Assembly (NCBI RefSeq): GCF_009914755.1
Contig: NC_060939.1
DNA: 64,000 nt
Strand: one strand, 5' to 3'
From: the human T2T-CHM13v2.0 reference genome, Homo sapiens
The notes under the pieces were generated by a model. It was not told where the DNA came from, made no database searches, and was given only the letters and a program-made list of their open reading frames with translations. This document shows, piece after piece, positions 47,941 to 64,000 of this stretch. Every line of letters starts with the position of its first letter. Position 1 is the first letter of the stretch. The position numbers and the translations under genes were made by a program.

Positions 47941-48174
47941 TCAGTACATAGTTGAACTCAACATCACGACATCAACCAATGGGGTATAATTGGCACCTAC
48001 AGACTATTGATCCAAGAAGAGTAGATTGCATGTTCTTTTTCAAAGTGACATGGAACATTCAAGATAGACCATATTCTGGGCCATAAAACACACCTCAACA
48101 AATTTAGAAGAATAGAAATTATATAATATCTGTTTTCATACCACAATGGAATTAAACTAGAAATCAATTAATAG

Positions 48175-48670
48175 GAGTGGCCAAAAAGTAGAAACAACTC
48201 AAATGTTCATCAACAGATGAATGGATAACAAAATGTGGTGTATCCATATAATAGAGTATTATTTGGCAATAAAAAAGAAATAAAATACTGATACAGGCTA
48301 TAACAAGGATGAACCTTGAAAACATTGTGCTCAGTGAAAGAAGGCAGTCACAAAATGCCAGACATTCTATGATTCCATTTATATGAAATGTCCAGAATAG
48401 GCAAAAAACCTATGAAGACAAAGTAGATGAGTGGCTGTCCAAGCACAGGAAGCCAGGGTAGAGGAAATTGGGAGTGACTGCTAATGGATTCTGACTTTCT
48501 TTCAGGGGGAATGAAAATGTTCTATAAAATTAGATTGTGGTGATGGTTCCAAAGTCTCTGATTACAGTAGAAAAAAAATCAATGAATATGTATTTATACA
48601 TTCATTGTATAATGAATGTATATTATGTGAATTGTATATTATGTGAATTATATCTCAATAAAGCTTTATT
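48175..48670 (+). mobile_element. L1MB-type 3' end
   Basis: caacagatgaatggataa-caaaatgtgg...tatctcaataaagct. Confidence 0.8.
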
Positions 48671-48676
48671 AAACTT

Positions 48677-49085
48677 ATAGGAGGCCATTGATTCAGACTG
48701 AGCTTCTGCACTCAGTCCCAACAGACCAAACCAAAATGGAGTCACTTATACTAAAGTTCCAGGTGACCATGTCAAAACTAAGTGGTTTATCTGGTCTTTC
48801 AAGAAATCAGGACAGAGAATAGCCAAATCCACACACAGGCCAGTTTTATCTGACATGATAAGGAAGCTCCCTCCACTTTAACCTTTACAGGGACAGTAAC
48901 TTTGAAACAACCCATCTGCTTTTTGTTCTTTCTTGTTTCTGCTTTCTTCAGCCCTTTTCTGTCCATACATACTCAATGTCCACATTGTAGGGTGGAATTC
49001 TCTGAATCTCTTCTGATTCTGAGGGCTGCCCAATTCAGTAATTGTTCTGTTAAATTTATTTTGTCTTAAGTTTTTCTTTTAGTCA
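48677..49085 (+). mobile_element. ERV1-class solo LTR (family not assigned)
   Basis: cagaccaaaccaaaatggagtcact motif typical of MER4-group LTRs; ends in ca. Confidence 0.6.
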
Positions 49086-49545
49086 GCTGTTTTGCTTTTT
49101 TTTTTAAAAAAAAAAAAGATCAAACATGGAGGATGAAGGAGAAAAAAGACTCAGTGACTCTAAATTGTCTGGCTTGGGCAACTGAGAGGAGATTTTAGTC
49201 ATGCTGGGTGTGCCTTGCCTGTGAACCAACTGGAAGAGATGTTGGGAAGTGAGTGGTATTTCTTTTTGGGGTGACTGCTGTGTTAGAAGACAACACCGGG
49301 GAGCCCACAGCAGCAGATGAGAAGAAATCACAGTGGATGAAACCACTCAGGGAGGGTCTGCAGAGAGAAAAGAGGAGAGGAACAACCAAACCAGGGAGGC
49401 ACTCATGTCAGGGGCAAGAAAAGGTACTATCTTTGGATGAACACAGGGCCAGGAACACAGTGGGAAAGCCAGGAAAGAGTACTGGAACTCAAAGAAGTTC
49501 AAGATCATTCAGGTTGATTGATCATTCCAAAAAACCATTTGGCTA

Positions 49546-50177
49546 TGTTGGAAGTAAATGCTTGGTGCTGCGAAGTGAAAACAGCACTCAGGCAAAAGTT
49601 TTCTCAGCAAGGCAATTTACTTCTATAGAAGGGTGCACCTCACAGATGGAGCAATGGCGAGAGCACACTCGACAAGGGAGGGGAAAGGGGTCTTCTTCCT
49701 AACGCAGTTAGTCCCTACTGCTGTGTCTTTCCCCTGTTGGCTAGGGTTGGACTGCACAGTCTAAGCTAATTCTGATTGGCTATTTTAAAGAGGACAGCGG
49801 TACAAATTGGAGTGGTGGGGTGAGTAGTTTTGGCGGGAGGGATGGTTACAGAACAGGTGACTAAGGATGACTAAGGACAGAGCAGGTGACCAAGGATGAC
49901 TAAGGACAGAGCAGGTGACCAAGGATGACTAAGGTCAGAGCAGGTAATAGAGGCTAGGAGGGGGTCATTTACTGAAGCTAGGGGCAAGGAGGTGTAAAGA
50001 ACAAGGAAGTTAAACTTTAAAATGGAGAACAAAGAACCAGAGAGCTGAACATACTGACATATTGGTTCTTTGAAGAGGAACTCAGAACTCATTGTACTTA
50101 ACAACTTTTCCACTCTTGGATTTTAAAGGAAGTTAACAGGCTAAAACCTTTGAAGAGGAATTTTACTGTATCCTACA
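49546..50177 (-). mobile_element. LTR10-like (HERV-I) solo LTR with internal 29-bp VNTR
   Basis: Minus strand starts TGTAGGATACAGTAAAA..TTCCTCTTCAAAGG and ends CAACA. TSD gcta/gtta. Tandem repeat at 49848-49945. Confidence 0.8.
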
Positions 50178-50209
50178 GTTACATATCATATTAAAAGCTA
50201 ACTTGTTTC

Positions 50210-50518
<309 letters not shown>

Positions 50519-50596
50519 CTAACTTGTTTCCCTACCTTTACTGAGAAAGGTAAAGAAAGTGACGGACATCTCAAATACACATTAAAAAGATGATAC

Positions 50597-51158
50597 TGCC
50601 AGGTGAGGTGTCAAAGCCCCCACATTGTAAAGTGGTTGACTCGTGGGTTGGTAAGAATTTACTGACAACCATATAGGCTTGAAGAAGTTTTATTAGAAAG
50701 AAGGAACGCTGCCGAGGAGTCCAGTGGGGTGAGTCGGTGAGAGGACTGAGCACCTTATGGTGGATTTTTCCTTAGGGGTATTTATGGACCTTAAGGCAGG
50801 AGCTTGAGGGTAATTTGGACCATACTAGCCACGTAGGTCATGATAAATGATTACATCTGTAGTAATTCTGGTGCCTTAATGTCAGCAAGGGTTGCACAGT
50901 ACGTTTTGGCATGGCATTCTGGAGATGTATAGAAATCCTAGTGACTTATAAATTTTGGGGGAAAGAAATCTGGAACCAGATGCCTGCTTTAGATAATAGG
51001 GAAGTGCAATTACTTCTAATTTCCCAGATAAGGAGTTTGCCTCGGAAGGCGTGTTTGATGGTCACCAGGTGGTCTTTGCTCCCTTCTAAATTCCTCAGAT
51101 GGGAGTTTTTGTCTCCGGGGCCTGTTCAATGGTCACCAGGTGATTTTTGTTCTCCTCA
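50597..51158 (-). mobile_element. ERV1-class solo LTR (MER83-like, uncertain)
   Basis: Minus strand TGAGGAGAACAAAAATCACCTGGTGACCA...CA; degenerate TSD gatac/gaaac; AATAAA on the minus strand near 50692. Confidence 0.65.
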
Positions 51159-52106
51159 GAAACATTCTTCATTTTGTCTCAGCAACGTAACAGTGCCTAG
51201 TTTCAAGTCTGGTTTCTGTCAGGGTCAAAGTTAAACAAGAGGAAGGCTGCTCCACACAACTTTTCCGTTTCTCTTCTTAAGGAGTAAGGGAGGAAGTGGT
51301 TCAGGGCTAAGTCCCTTCAGTCTGTGTGAGGTAGGGACATTAATATAACCACCTCAAGGGTTTGTTAAGATTAAATGTGATAACATGTGCAAAGTGCCTT
51401 TTTGCTATTAATAGCAGACTGTTAAAGGAATGTTATGTTGATTATAGGTGTAAGACGCCACTGCAGGGAAGAGAATCCCTTTGCCACCTTAGACAGCTCA
51501 ACCCTCCCATAGAGAATCTAGCTCTCTCTCCCTATTACCATCAGCAAATTAAACAAAGAAATCTTCAAAAAGAATAACTGTGCTTTTATAACTTAAGAAA
51601 ATTGTTCAAAGTTTAAAAACTTAGAAGTCTAGGACTTGTTTTTTTCCTTTACTTGCAAATTAGTTCTAGTTTTGGCAAACTGGTTTTATGGTTCCCAGGT
51701 ACCTACCCTTTCAGGTTTCCAGGTAGCAGCAAGAAGTACCCTAGTACCACTTCTAGAAGCCAGTCGTTGTAAATGTACGGCTACCACTCTGAATTTAGGT
51801 TTAGGGAAAAAAAAGCTGTTTTTTTATTTTCCTAGGAATCACTTTAGTTTAAAATTAGATTGCATGGTGTAAAGAGCTGGTAACTTGCCAAGTCAATTAC
51901 AAAAAGTGTAAAGCATAAAACCAAAGGTGCAGACATACCTCAAAAGAGTGTTTATATTTTCATTTACACTATCAGTTGGTCTCTCAGGCTAATGGCTATA
52001 TGTGTGTGTTCCAATAAAACTTTATTTACAAGAACAGTTGGCAAGTATAGAGTTGCCAGATTTGGCAGATAAAAAGACAGGACTTTCAGCTAAATTTAAA
52101 TTTCAC

Positions 52107-52435
<329 letters not shown>

Positions 52436-52444
52436 TTAAAGTTA

Positions 52445-53156
52445 TTTGTATTGAGATATAATGTGGACACCATAAAATCTACCTTTTTAAAGTCCCCAAT
52501 TCAGTGGCTTTTTATTCACAGAATTGCGTAACCATCACCACTGCTTAATTTCAGGGCATTTTCAGAGCACCCCTCAAACCCCGTACTCATTAGCAATCAT
52601 TCTCCTCTTCCCCCAGCCCCTAGAAACCACTAACTTACTTTCTGTCTCTCTGAATTTGCCTGTTTCAGGCATTTCATATAAATTGAATCATACAATATGT
52701 GGCTTTTTATATCTAGCTTTTCTTTTCAGTGAGCGTAATATTTCTGAGGTTGATCCATGTCAATATATATCAGTGTTTCATTCTTTTTATGGCTGTATTA
52801 TAGCCCACTGTATGGATATATCACTTTTTTTTTAATCCATTCTTCATCTGATGGACATTAGGGTTGTTTCCATCTTTTGGCTATTACAAATAATGCTGCT
52901 ATGAATATCCATATACTATAATTATGTGGACATATGTTTTCTTGGCTCTTGGGTATATATACCTAGGAGTGGCATTGTTAAGTCATAGGATAACTCTATG
53001 TTTAGCTTTTGAGGAACCGTCAGGCTGGCTTCCAAAACAGCTGCTCCATTTATGTTCCCACCAGCAATGTATAAGCGTTCCAATTTGTGCACATTCTCAC
53101 CAACACTTGTTATTGTCTGTCTTTTTGATATAGCCATCCTACTGGGTGTGAAGTGA
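52445..53156 (-). mobile_element. L1MB-type 3' end
   Basis: Reverse L1M 3'UTR and ORF2 C-terminus (HFTPSRMAISKRQTITSVG in ORF 52922-53308). Confidence 0.8.
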
Positions 53157-54164
53157 AGGATGACAGATACCGGGCACATCTCTAAAGGAACAACCGTGTA
53201 CCTATCTGAAGGCAGCCTATACCCTAAGTAGGCGGACTGTGTGTGTGTGACTGTTCTGGGCCCTGAATGACTTTCTTGGGTTGCAGCTGCCCAAGGAGGG
53301 AACCTCACACACTAGTTAACCTATTTCAGGGTCTTTTATTAACAGGAAAATTTTAAATAATGCTCTTAGAAATACTGAAAACACAGAAAACTGGGGTGTA
53401 GAGAGACAAGAGGGAGTCAGGTAACTGTAAAGCAAATGGTTTTTATGCGGTGCAGCCTTGGAAGTTACAAGCAAACCTGCAGATAGTGGGCAGGCCATAT
53501 TTCAAAGACGACGAAGATGTCATACTGGACTCTGCTATTCACTCCTTGTATGAAGTGCCACGATGGAGTTAAAGCTCAGCATCCCTGTGCCCTGGAGAGG
53601 GTGGTTATGGCAGCCACCAGTGCCCAAGGAGAACATCCACTTTTCTTACTTTGCCTCCAGGTTAGTCTGATTTTTTTTTTTTAACAGCAAACATTGCCTG
53701 ATGTAGTCTGATCATCTTGAAGAAGCCTGAGCTACACGGAGAGGGTAGCTCCAGATCCTTCTAGAACTTCTCTTCTGCATCTGGAAACCCCATGCAGTTC
53801 CTAACCAATGGTGCCTGCCAGCAGAGCCTGAGAGTCTGACCTACTGCCTACAGCCCAGGGCACACAGCCTGCCTCCCCCTATTTCTGCTATTGTTCTTGC
53901 TTCTGTAATTTCATCCCAACAGCAGCACTCTATCAGGCCATCTTCCTGAAAGCAACACAAACCCCTGCTTAGAAGAGTAAACTATTGACGGTAGACAGCA
54001 GATCACACAGTCAAGCTTTGCATGCCTTAGGAAATGTTCTTGCTGCAGTCCCTCCATCCTGGACCCTTCCTCCAGAATCCCCCACTGCCAGTCCCTCATC
54101 CTGGCTCCCTGGGAATTCTCAGGTGCCATCTCTTTTCTGGTCATTTATTTAAAACGTGTACAGG

Positions 54165-55080
<916 letters not shown>

Positions 55081-55249
55081 ACAACAAAGTGTGCTGGGAG
55101 CAACTCCTGGTGAGGTCGGGGATGGCTTCACAGAGATAATGACAGGACTGAGTCCTTAGGAGGACAAAGGGAGGAAGAGCAACTGTGAAGAACAGCTCAA
55201 TGGCACCAAAGAGAAACCTGCAAAGGGCGTGCATTTAGAGGACAGATGG

Positions 55250-55460
55250 AGGTGGGCACAGTGGCTCACACCTGTAACCTTAGCGCCTTGGGAAGCCGAA
55301 GTGGGAGGAATGCTTGAGGCCAAGAGTTTGAGATCAGCCTGAGCAACATAATGTGACAAAAAATACAAAAACTAGCTGGGTGTGATGGTGTGTGCCTGTA
55401 GTCCCAGCTACTGGGGAGGCTGAGGCAGGAGGATCACTTGAGCCCAGGAATTCGAGGCTC
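55250..55460 (+). mobile_element. AluJ, 3'-truncated
   Basis: Left arm plus half of the right arm, ending at gaggctc. Confidence 0.8.
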
Positions 55461-55775
55461 AACTGAAAATTTTTTCAATTTTTTTTAATTGAAAAAAAAA
55501 AAAAATCAACTGCTGAAAGAATTCTGGAGATAGTGATGATGGTTGTAGAACAGTGTGAATGCACTTAATGCCCTGAACTCTATACATGTAACATGGCTAA
55601 AATGGTAATGTTTATGTTATCATAATATTATGTTATATAAATTTTGCCATAATTTTTTTAAAAGACTGGAAAAAAACCCCACTGTCTGCCTCTTCCACAC
55701 CACTGTTGGAGTACTATACCTTGATAGAATTCACTGGGAGGCAATTTATCATCACACATCAAAAGCCTCAGAACT

Positions 55776-56037
55776 GCCAGGTACAGTGGCTCATGCCTGT
55801 AATCCAGGCACTTTGGGAGGCTGAGAGGAGTGGATCACTTGAGCCTAGGAGTTGAAGACCAAGGGAGACCCCTTCGCTACAAAAAACAAACAAACAAACA
55901 AAAAAACAAAATTTGCCGGGCATGGTGGCACGTGCCTGTAGTCCCAGCTGCTGGGAGGCTAACGTGGGAGGATTGCCTGGGCCTGGGAGTTCAAGGCTGC
56001 AGTGAGCTGCCCTGTCTCAAATAAATAGATAAATAAA
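55776..56037 (+). mobile_element. AluJ with internal deletions
   Basis: Degenerate dimer. Confidence 0.8.
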
Positions 56038-57099
56038 GCCTTAGAACTGCATACTCCTCAACCCAACAACTCCACTTCTTGGAATCTATTCAAAAGTGAT
56101 AAATAAGGATATACAAAGATACTTATGCCAAAGGATAGTCACTGAAGAGCTGCTTATTAAAAACAAAAACAAACCAACAAAAATAAACCTGTAAATAAAC
56201 TAAATGCCCCAAAGTTGAGGATTGGTTAAATTAAGTATTATATATCCGTGCGAAAAGTACCACTTGGCCTTTCAAAATTATAAGTAAATATTTGCTCACA
56301 TGGAAAGATGGTCTTCTTTTCTTTATGTATTCTGATTGATTCTATACTTCACTGTTACAAAATAAAGAGACCACCCAGTGTTGCTGAGTCCCAGCCTAGC
56401 TACAACTTTCTGTCCCCTTCCCTACCAAATAGAATTAGCCAGACCTTGAAGGACTTGAGTGTCACTTGAAACTTCTTGCCTCAGAGGAAACAAAATAATG
56501 GGGGGAAACAAAGAATTCATGGGTTCCAGAATTCCAAAAATATTCAGCCAACACTCGGAGCGTGGAGTGAAAAGAGCGAGTTGCTAAACAGCACCATCCT
56601 CTGCTCCCATTCTTATAAATATGTGTACAAATATATATTAACTTAACAAATATTTAATCCACAACTATAAAGGAGAGCTGTGCTGGGTGCCAAGAATATC
56701 CCAGGAAACAAGACAGCCATGGCCTCAGAATCCAGGGAGATTGGTACCTGTCTGTCTGAGCACCTGTGTGTACATGGGATGAGGTACAAAACAGTGACCC
56801 TAAAGCAAGGGTCTTCCGACAGGATTGAGAATAGGTCTATTGCATGCATGTGACGTGAGGACAGCCTTGCTGCAATGAGAAGTCTTATCCAGGCAAGAGA
56901 GAGGCCAGTGTCTCTTGCTTCCCAATCTAAAGGTCAAGTGCAGACCCCGCTGGACCAAACAGAACAGGTGTGAGGGTGCTCCAAACACCAGGGTCGGCAG
57001 AGGGGGAGAGGTTAAGTACTCTCAAGAGCTTTAGATGGCAAAGGGACAAAGATGACACAAGCTGGATGGGGACTTGGCACTAAGAGAGCTGAGCCCTGA

Positions 57100-57447
<348 letters not shown>

Positions 57448-60400
57448 CAGAGCCCTCATTTTACAATTTTTGTTTTTTTCTAACTCACAGTTAACCCACT
57501 GAACAAGAAGTACCCATTTCTGATTTGCATTTTCCCTATAAATCCCATTATTGAAAGAGTTTGCCCTTCTAGGCAGAATTTATGAAAAAGTAATTTATTT
57601 CCTCATTTCTTCATTGCTCTAAGAAGTCACATATAACCGCCAAACGGTTTTCTAATCTGCAGGATATCACCAAGGTGGCCTCAAGAATTGATAGGATCCC
57701 AGCCACAAGTGAAGGTATGTTACCAGCTAGAGCAGGCTGAGAGCAGAACAGCTGCCCTTTATCTTGGGGAAATAGCACAGGCACCTGTCCCTCCTCTCCC
57801 AGGGCCCCAGGGGGAACTGCTGGAACAGCCCTTTCCTTCGCACCCAAGGACATGGCACATGATACCAAAGACACATGCAGGAAGGTGCAAGCGGGGAAGA
57901 TCCGCCCCCGTGGGGACAGCAGCAAACCCCAGTGTATGTGAGAGGGAGAAGTTACGTGTTTAGAATATTATGAGATTGAGGCATTTAAGGGAAGTCTTCA
58001 AGGAAGGAAAACTAGTTAAGAAGAATAAACCCATTGTTCTACAGCCATGGTGAGCTTGCTGTAAACACTTGGAAACAGTGTGCCTCCCACCAGCCTTTCA
58101 TATGCTGCAGGCCTATGCACACAGTAGGCCCAAAATACTTGCTAAACTAGATTATTTGGCTTTAAAATTATATCACATGTGCCCAGCAAGGCAAAACTCA
58201 TCTCTATTATTTCCCACAATGTCAAGGGCAAAAGTGAAATCAACCTCATCTGGTCTAAGACAGGTGTGGGGGCCCCAAATCCTTATAGTTTAGGGGCGAG
58301 ACTGCTGCTGAGACTAGAGCCCTGCAGGACTGGGTCAGCCTGCTCCTCAGCTGGACCATCTACTCCGAGGAGCAGCTCGGAGCAGGATCATGGAGAACAC
58401 CTGGGCAGCAAATGGCCCAGAGCTAACTAGGGACTAAAAGCAGGCAGCATTGCCCGAGCCGCATTACACACTCATCAAAGTCCCAGTGTCTACTCTCATA
58501 AGAATCCTTCAAAAATCTAACGCTTGACCCTAGGGACACAGAGATATATAGACGCCATCCCTCCCGGACAGCACTCACTGGCAGTGACTCAGGATGAGTA
58601 CTGGGTGCAGAAACTCCAGCACCTGAGGGTACAGATACTCAGGCCACGGTGCTCTGGGGTTCAGGTGTCACAGCCAGAGGTCTTTGCCAGGGATCCTCTA
58701 GAGCAGGCAGATGCTATTCTCAGGACAGTGTGATCATGTTGGGACAGTGCCCACGGGACAGGATACCACAGTGCTCAGATTTCTCTCCTACCAGGGCCTC
58801 ATTTCCGTGTCCTACTTGAGTATCAGGCCCCACCTCAGCAGGTGAGGCTGGGTGGTCTGGTGGGGGCTCATTCCCTTAGTTCTTCTCCATGGGGTTTCCC
58901 CTCCACACTCACCTCCACAGCTTTGAGGACATGTCTATGTGATGACACCTGAATGTGTACCTCCAGCCCAGGTGTCTCTCCTGAACCCCATGCTTGCACC
59001 TTACCTCCCTGCTGCTGTTCTCCCTGCACCCCTATTTCAGTGACTCACACCACTGGATCTGTCACTATGGCAGAAACCTGGGAATCTCACACCCAGCACA
59101 CAGCAGGAACATCTCCCTCGCTGTCCTCTCCTCAGCAGCCCAGGCTGTCAGCCTCCTACCTAGTAGTGTCCTCCAATGGGCCACAGGTGTGTTGAACTCG
59201 GCCCCGTAAATGGCTGTGCAGGGCACAACTCTGAGTGTCAATCATGAAAGACACGCAGACTCATTACATCAACTGCCTGGCAGATCACAGATTTCCAGAA
59301 GGTGTCTTAAAGAAGCGTTTTTTTCTAATTTGTACAAAGATGTCACTTGTCCTGGGAAGAAGTAGCCTGCTGAGAAGGGGATCTCAACCCTCAGGGTGCA
59401 GAGCAGGGCCTGGGCCACAGGAGTCCCAGGGCTGGGCACTGTTTTGTCCATTTGCCTAGGTGCTGTAAACATATTTTCCATGTGTCCGTGACACTAAAAA
59501 GATTGGGAAACACTGACCTAGATTACACCAATAGCCCCTCTGTGCTTCTGGATCTCTTCTGTTGGCAAAAACAAGCTCAGGTCTCTCCCATTTATACCAG
59601 ACATGTAAGTTAACATGCCTGCTCTACCCAACACCTCTCTCTGCCTTCAGGCCTTACTCAGGGAAGTCACAACGGGTTGCTCGTCCATACAGGATCAAGG
59701 ACAGGTTGGCCTGTTGGCCAGACGCCCAGCACAAACAGCTCAGCCCAGTGAGGGAGAGTCATTAGGTAAGCCATCAACCACCTCCCTGCAGAATTCAGTC
59801 ATCATTGTTGCATGTGGAGTCCCTTCTCATACATAATCATACATTACTAGTATAATAATCCAATTATCCAACTCTCCCAACAAAGAGGCTTCACAGATCA
59901 AACTGACCTCAGGTTTGAGCATTATTTACAAAAAGGTCAACCAGAAATTAATTGGAACGTCCAGTACCAGGAAGAATCAAGTCAATAAATTAACACAATA
60001 GAGTACTATGTAACCCTTTTAAAAAAGAACATTCTTATGACTATATAAATATTGTTCCCTGCAGAGGCAAAAAATGTGCCAGGATTATAGTTCTTTCTGT
60101 ACAGTTCCAATGTCAACAGCAGAGTGCTACTCACAGGAAAACATTCCTAGTATCAAGGTCAGAGAGAAGCTTCTCCTTTCTAGCACTCTCCCAGTTGTTC
60201 AAAAGCAGGCGGTATCTTTCGTGCACTTCATATTTGAAACATGACATGCTTGTGATAATTTTTAATTTTTGTGATGTTTTCCTATTGCCTTCTCTATCGA
60301 GGAAAGAAACACAGCCCGTCTTCCCATAACCCTAGTATATTCCAGCTTGTTCACTCTGTCCATTGTCTGGAATCTGCTCCAGTCTCTGTCCTCAAGATAT

Positions 60401-60669
60401 TATTCTTGGAGCCAGTAACTTCCACCTGTAATTTGGAGTGAATGCTTCTGAGGCCCATTCATAGCCATCTGTCCAGAAGTTCTTTTCACCGGACTCCCAG
60501 GAGCCATCAATTCTTTTTGCCCACTTCCCCACATCATGACCTCCTTCATAGTCTTCGCCATTGTTTTGCTGTTGTAGATCCTCAAGATGAGCGGGAGGTC
60601 AACTTTAAGTCCTTGCACATCAGGAATGGCCTTTACTTTCCCCCTTATACTTGATTGGTTTTGGCTGGA

Positions 60670-61176
60670 TGTATCCTAGGGCTGCTGTACCAAATTCCCA
60701 CAAACTTGGGGGCTTACATGACAGGAATTTATTTTCTCACAGCTCTGGAGGGCAGAAATCCGCAGTCAGTTGACTGGGCTGAAACCAAGGTGTCGCCAGG
60801 GCCATGCTGCCTCCAGAGGCTCTAGGGTTGGAAGCTCTAAGGAAGCATCCATTGCCCCACCTTTCCCAGCTTCTAGAGCTGCGTTCCTTGGCTCATGGCC
60901 TCCTCCTCCATCTTCAAAGCCTGCAGCAAAGCATCTTCAAAGCTCTCTGCAGAGATCCTCACATCCTCTTCTCTATTCTGTGTGTAGTAAAATCTCCCTC
61001 TGCTACTCTCTTCAGAACACTTGTGATTACACTGGGCCCTGGATAATGCAGGATAACCTCCCCATCTCAAAGTCCTTAACTTATCATATCTGCAAAGACC
61101 CTTTAACATATACGGTAACGTAGGTTCAGAAATGAGCATCTGATATATCTATGGGAGACATTTTTTAGCCTACCAC
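60670..61176 (-). mobile_element. MLT1 (B/C/D-like) MaLR LTR
   Basis: ggctgctgtaccaaattcccacaaacttgg...ctcacagctctggagg...ataatgcaggataacctccccatctcaa. Confidence 0.78.
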
Positions 61177-61194
61177 TCTGGGGGTAAAACAATC

Positions 61195-61694
<500 letters not shown>

Positions 61695-63551
61695 TCATCT
61701 TATCTGATGAGAAGCTGCTTCTGCTGGCTCCTCCTCCCCTTCCGGACTCCTTGGTGCTGGAGCACGTCACACTTTCCCCCTTTCCCCACGCTGATCTGAG
61801 CTGATACCATGCTTCCAAATACCATCCGCCTACCCTGGATGCACGCCAGACCAAGGAAGACTTTATTCTAGAATGCCAACATCCACACTCCCAGTCTTGG
61901 CTCTGCCAGTGGAGTCCACTCGTCCCCCATCCCGCTGATATGCACAGTGTCCCTGTGGCAGGAGTATCACCTAGTATCACCTGAGACCTCCAATTAAAGC
62001 CCCAGCTTCAGCACCACTTCTCACTCCTGCCCTTGCTGGACCTGCAGACTCAGTTCAGAGGGTCTCTGGGGTTGTGCAGGGCAGACTGGTCAGCTACCCC
62101 AACTCCCTGTGGCCCCTCCACTCAGACTCTGGGCTCTGGTCTCCTCTGTGCTATATTTCTGACATTGCCTTTCCTCTACTAGCTTTCTATGGTCCAGAAA
62201 TTTATTGTAATCTCTCAACTACTGATAATTCCCTCCCATTCATTTTGCTGTCCTGGGATTATACTTTTCATAATCTCCTTATTATCATTTTAATGGGTTC
62301 TGGGGAGAGAAGGTATAAATAAGCACAAGTGCTGAATCCTCCATCTTGAACATTAAGTTAATCTCATTCATTTTTCAGTTATAACTTGCATATGCTTAAA
62401 AGATAACAGATATTCTATTCTAAGCTCCTTGTCCAAGGGCTCCTATTGGTGGGAGGTTGGAGGTGGGCTTGGCACATTCAGATTTACATCCCAGCTTGTC
62501 ACACCCACCCCACCTCCAACACTGAAAGACCTTCCTTGTATGAGCACCACTGCCCCTGACACAGATCTGCCAGGACACTTTAAGGAACTGGCAAACATAT
62601 GTGGGGTTTCCTCTTTCCAGGATTTGTTTTAAAGCAAATGAGTTCCATGGCCTTCCCTATAATGCCAGACTACAGGCATTGAGGCATTAAGAGAATGCAC
62701 AACTCTAAATCAAGAACACTTTTTGCAGGTTCTATCAGCCCAAGAGAACCTTTTTACTCAAAAGTAAAGCCTGCATGATACCTCCCTGCTTTACAAAGCC
62801 TCAAGTTTAAAAATAAACATGGGCATTTGAAGGAGCACAAAAATAGTTTGTGTCCACAGCTTTACATAGCCCAGCGGCACTAGGTATATGCTGGCTCGGA
62901 AGAAGCCGAGAGAGGCCACATTCAATAGAAAGTTAGCCCTTGTGAACCTCAAACGAGTGAGACACAAGTGAAGGGAGCCTTTTTTTATGCTTGATTCCCT
63001 TGTACTACACAGGGCCAACTGCACTCCATTCAAACCAACCACAGGTGTCCGCCTGTCCAGCTATTCATGAACAGGTTGTGAAGGCAGCCTTCTGAGCCAA
63101 AATCCAAGTCCTCACTCAGCCTTTGTCTCCACCTAACTTTGTCATCTCCTCCCTATCAATCCCTGCACCCAACCTACAGGCTTAACAGATGTCCCTGCTC
63201 ACCCCATACCTGTGCTTTCCGAGGAGCTGTGCCTTCCTCCAGAATGCCCCCTGCTCATGTCACCCCTGCACTGAGCACACCACCCCCAGGTCAGAATCCT
63301 ACCACCCTTCAGGGCAAAGTGCAAATTGGTCACCTCTTCCATCAGAGGCACGTGGCTCCAACACCAGACTGGGTTCTCTCCCTGGATACCAGCTCTCTCT
63401 ATACCTCACTCGTGGCCGTCATATGTTATTCAGGCTCATCTTTGGGTAGCTAGAGATGTGTTCCCCCCAAATTGGGCTGCAAGTCCCCTTGGGTAGGGAT
63501 CAGGTTTTCATTTCTGGGGCCCCTGTAGTGCCTTGATAAAAGAGGTGCTTG

Positions 63552-63999
<448 letters not shown>

Positions 64000-64000
64000 C

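Noticed and set aside
61963-61982. 10-bp tandem duplication AGTATCACCT x2
   Set aside because: Common micro-duplication with no recognisable motif.

Overview
Human (or very close primate) genomic DNA from inside the HOMER2 gene, transcribed on the minus strand. It holds three coding exons of the EVH1 domain and the start of the linker: 33030-33186, 15617-15748 and 4468-4560, all with GT-AG boundaries and contiguous phase. Exon 1 and exons 5 onward lie outside the window. The rest is intron, densely filled with transposable elements. The main accessory element is a full-length, very young L1HS (Ta-1d) at 23226-29263 in intron 2, in the same orientation as HOMER2. It has intact ORF1, ORF0 and 5'UTR promoter, but a 4-bp deletion splits ORF2. 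Also present are about 30 Alus, a THE1 provirus missing most of its 5' LTR, several solo LTRs (including an LTR10-like element with a 29-bp VNTR), old L1M pieces and DNA transposon remnants. I found no new protein-coding system; almost all short ORFs in the track are repeat-derived or chance. The best leads are the split-ORF2 L1 and its possible effects on HOMER2, a tandemly duplicated ARE/AP-1 element beside exon 3, the LTR10 VNTR, and inverted Alus placed to allow circularisation of exons 2-4. Repeat family names come from recall of consensus sequences and need RepeatMasker/Dfam confirmation.
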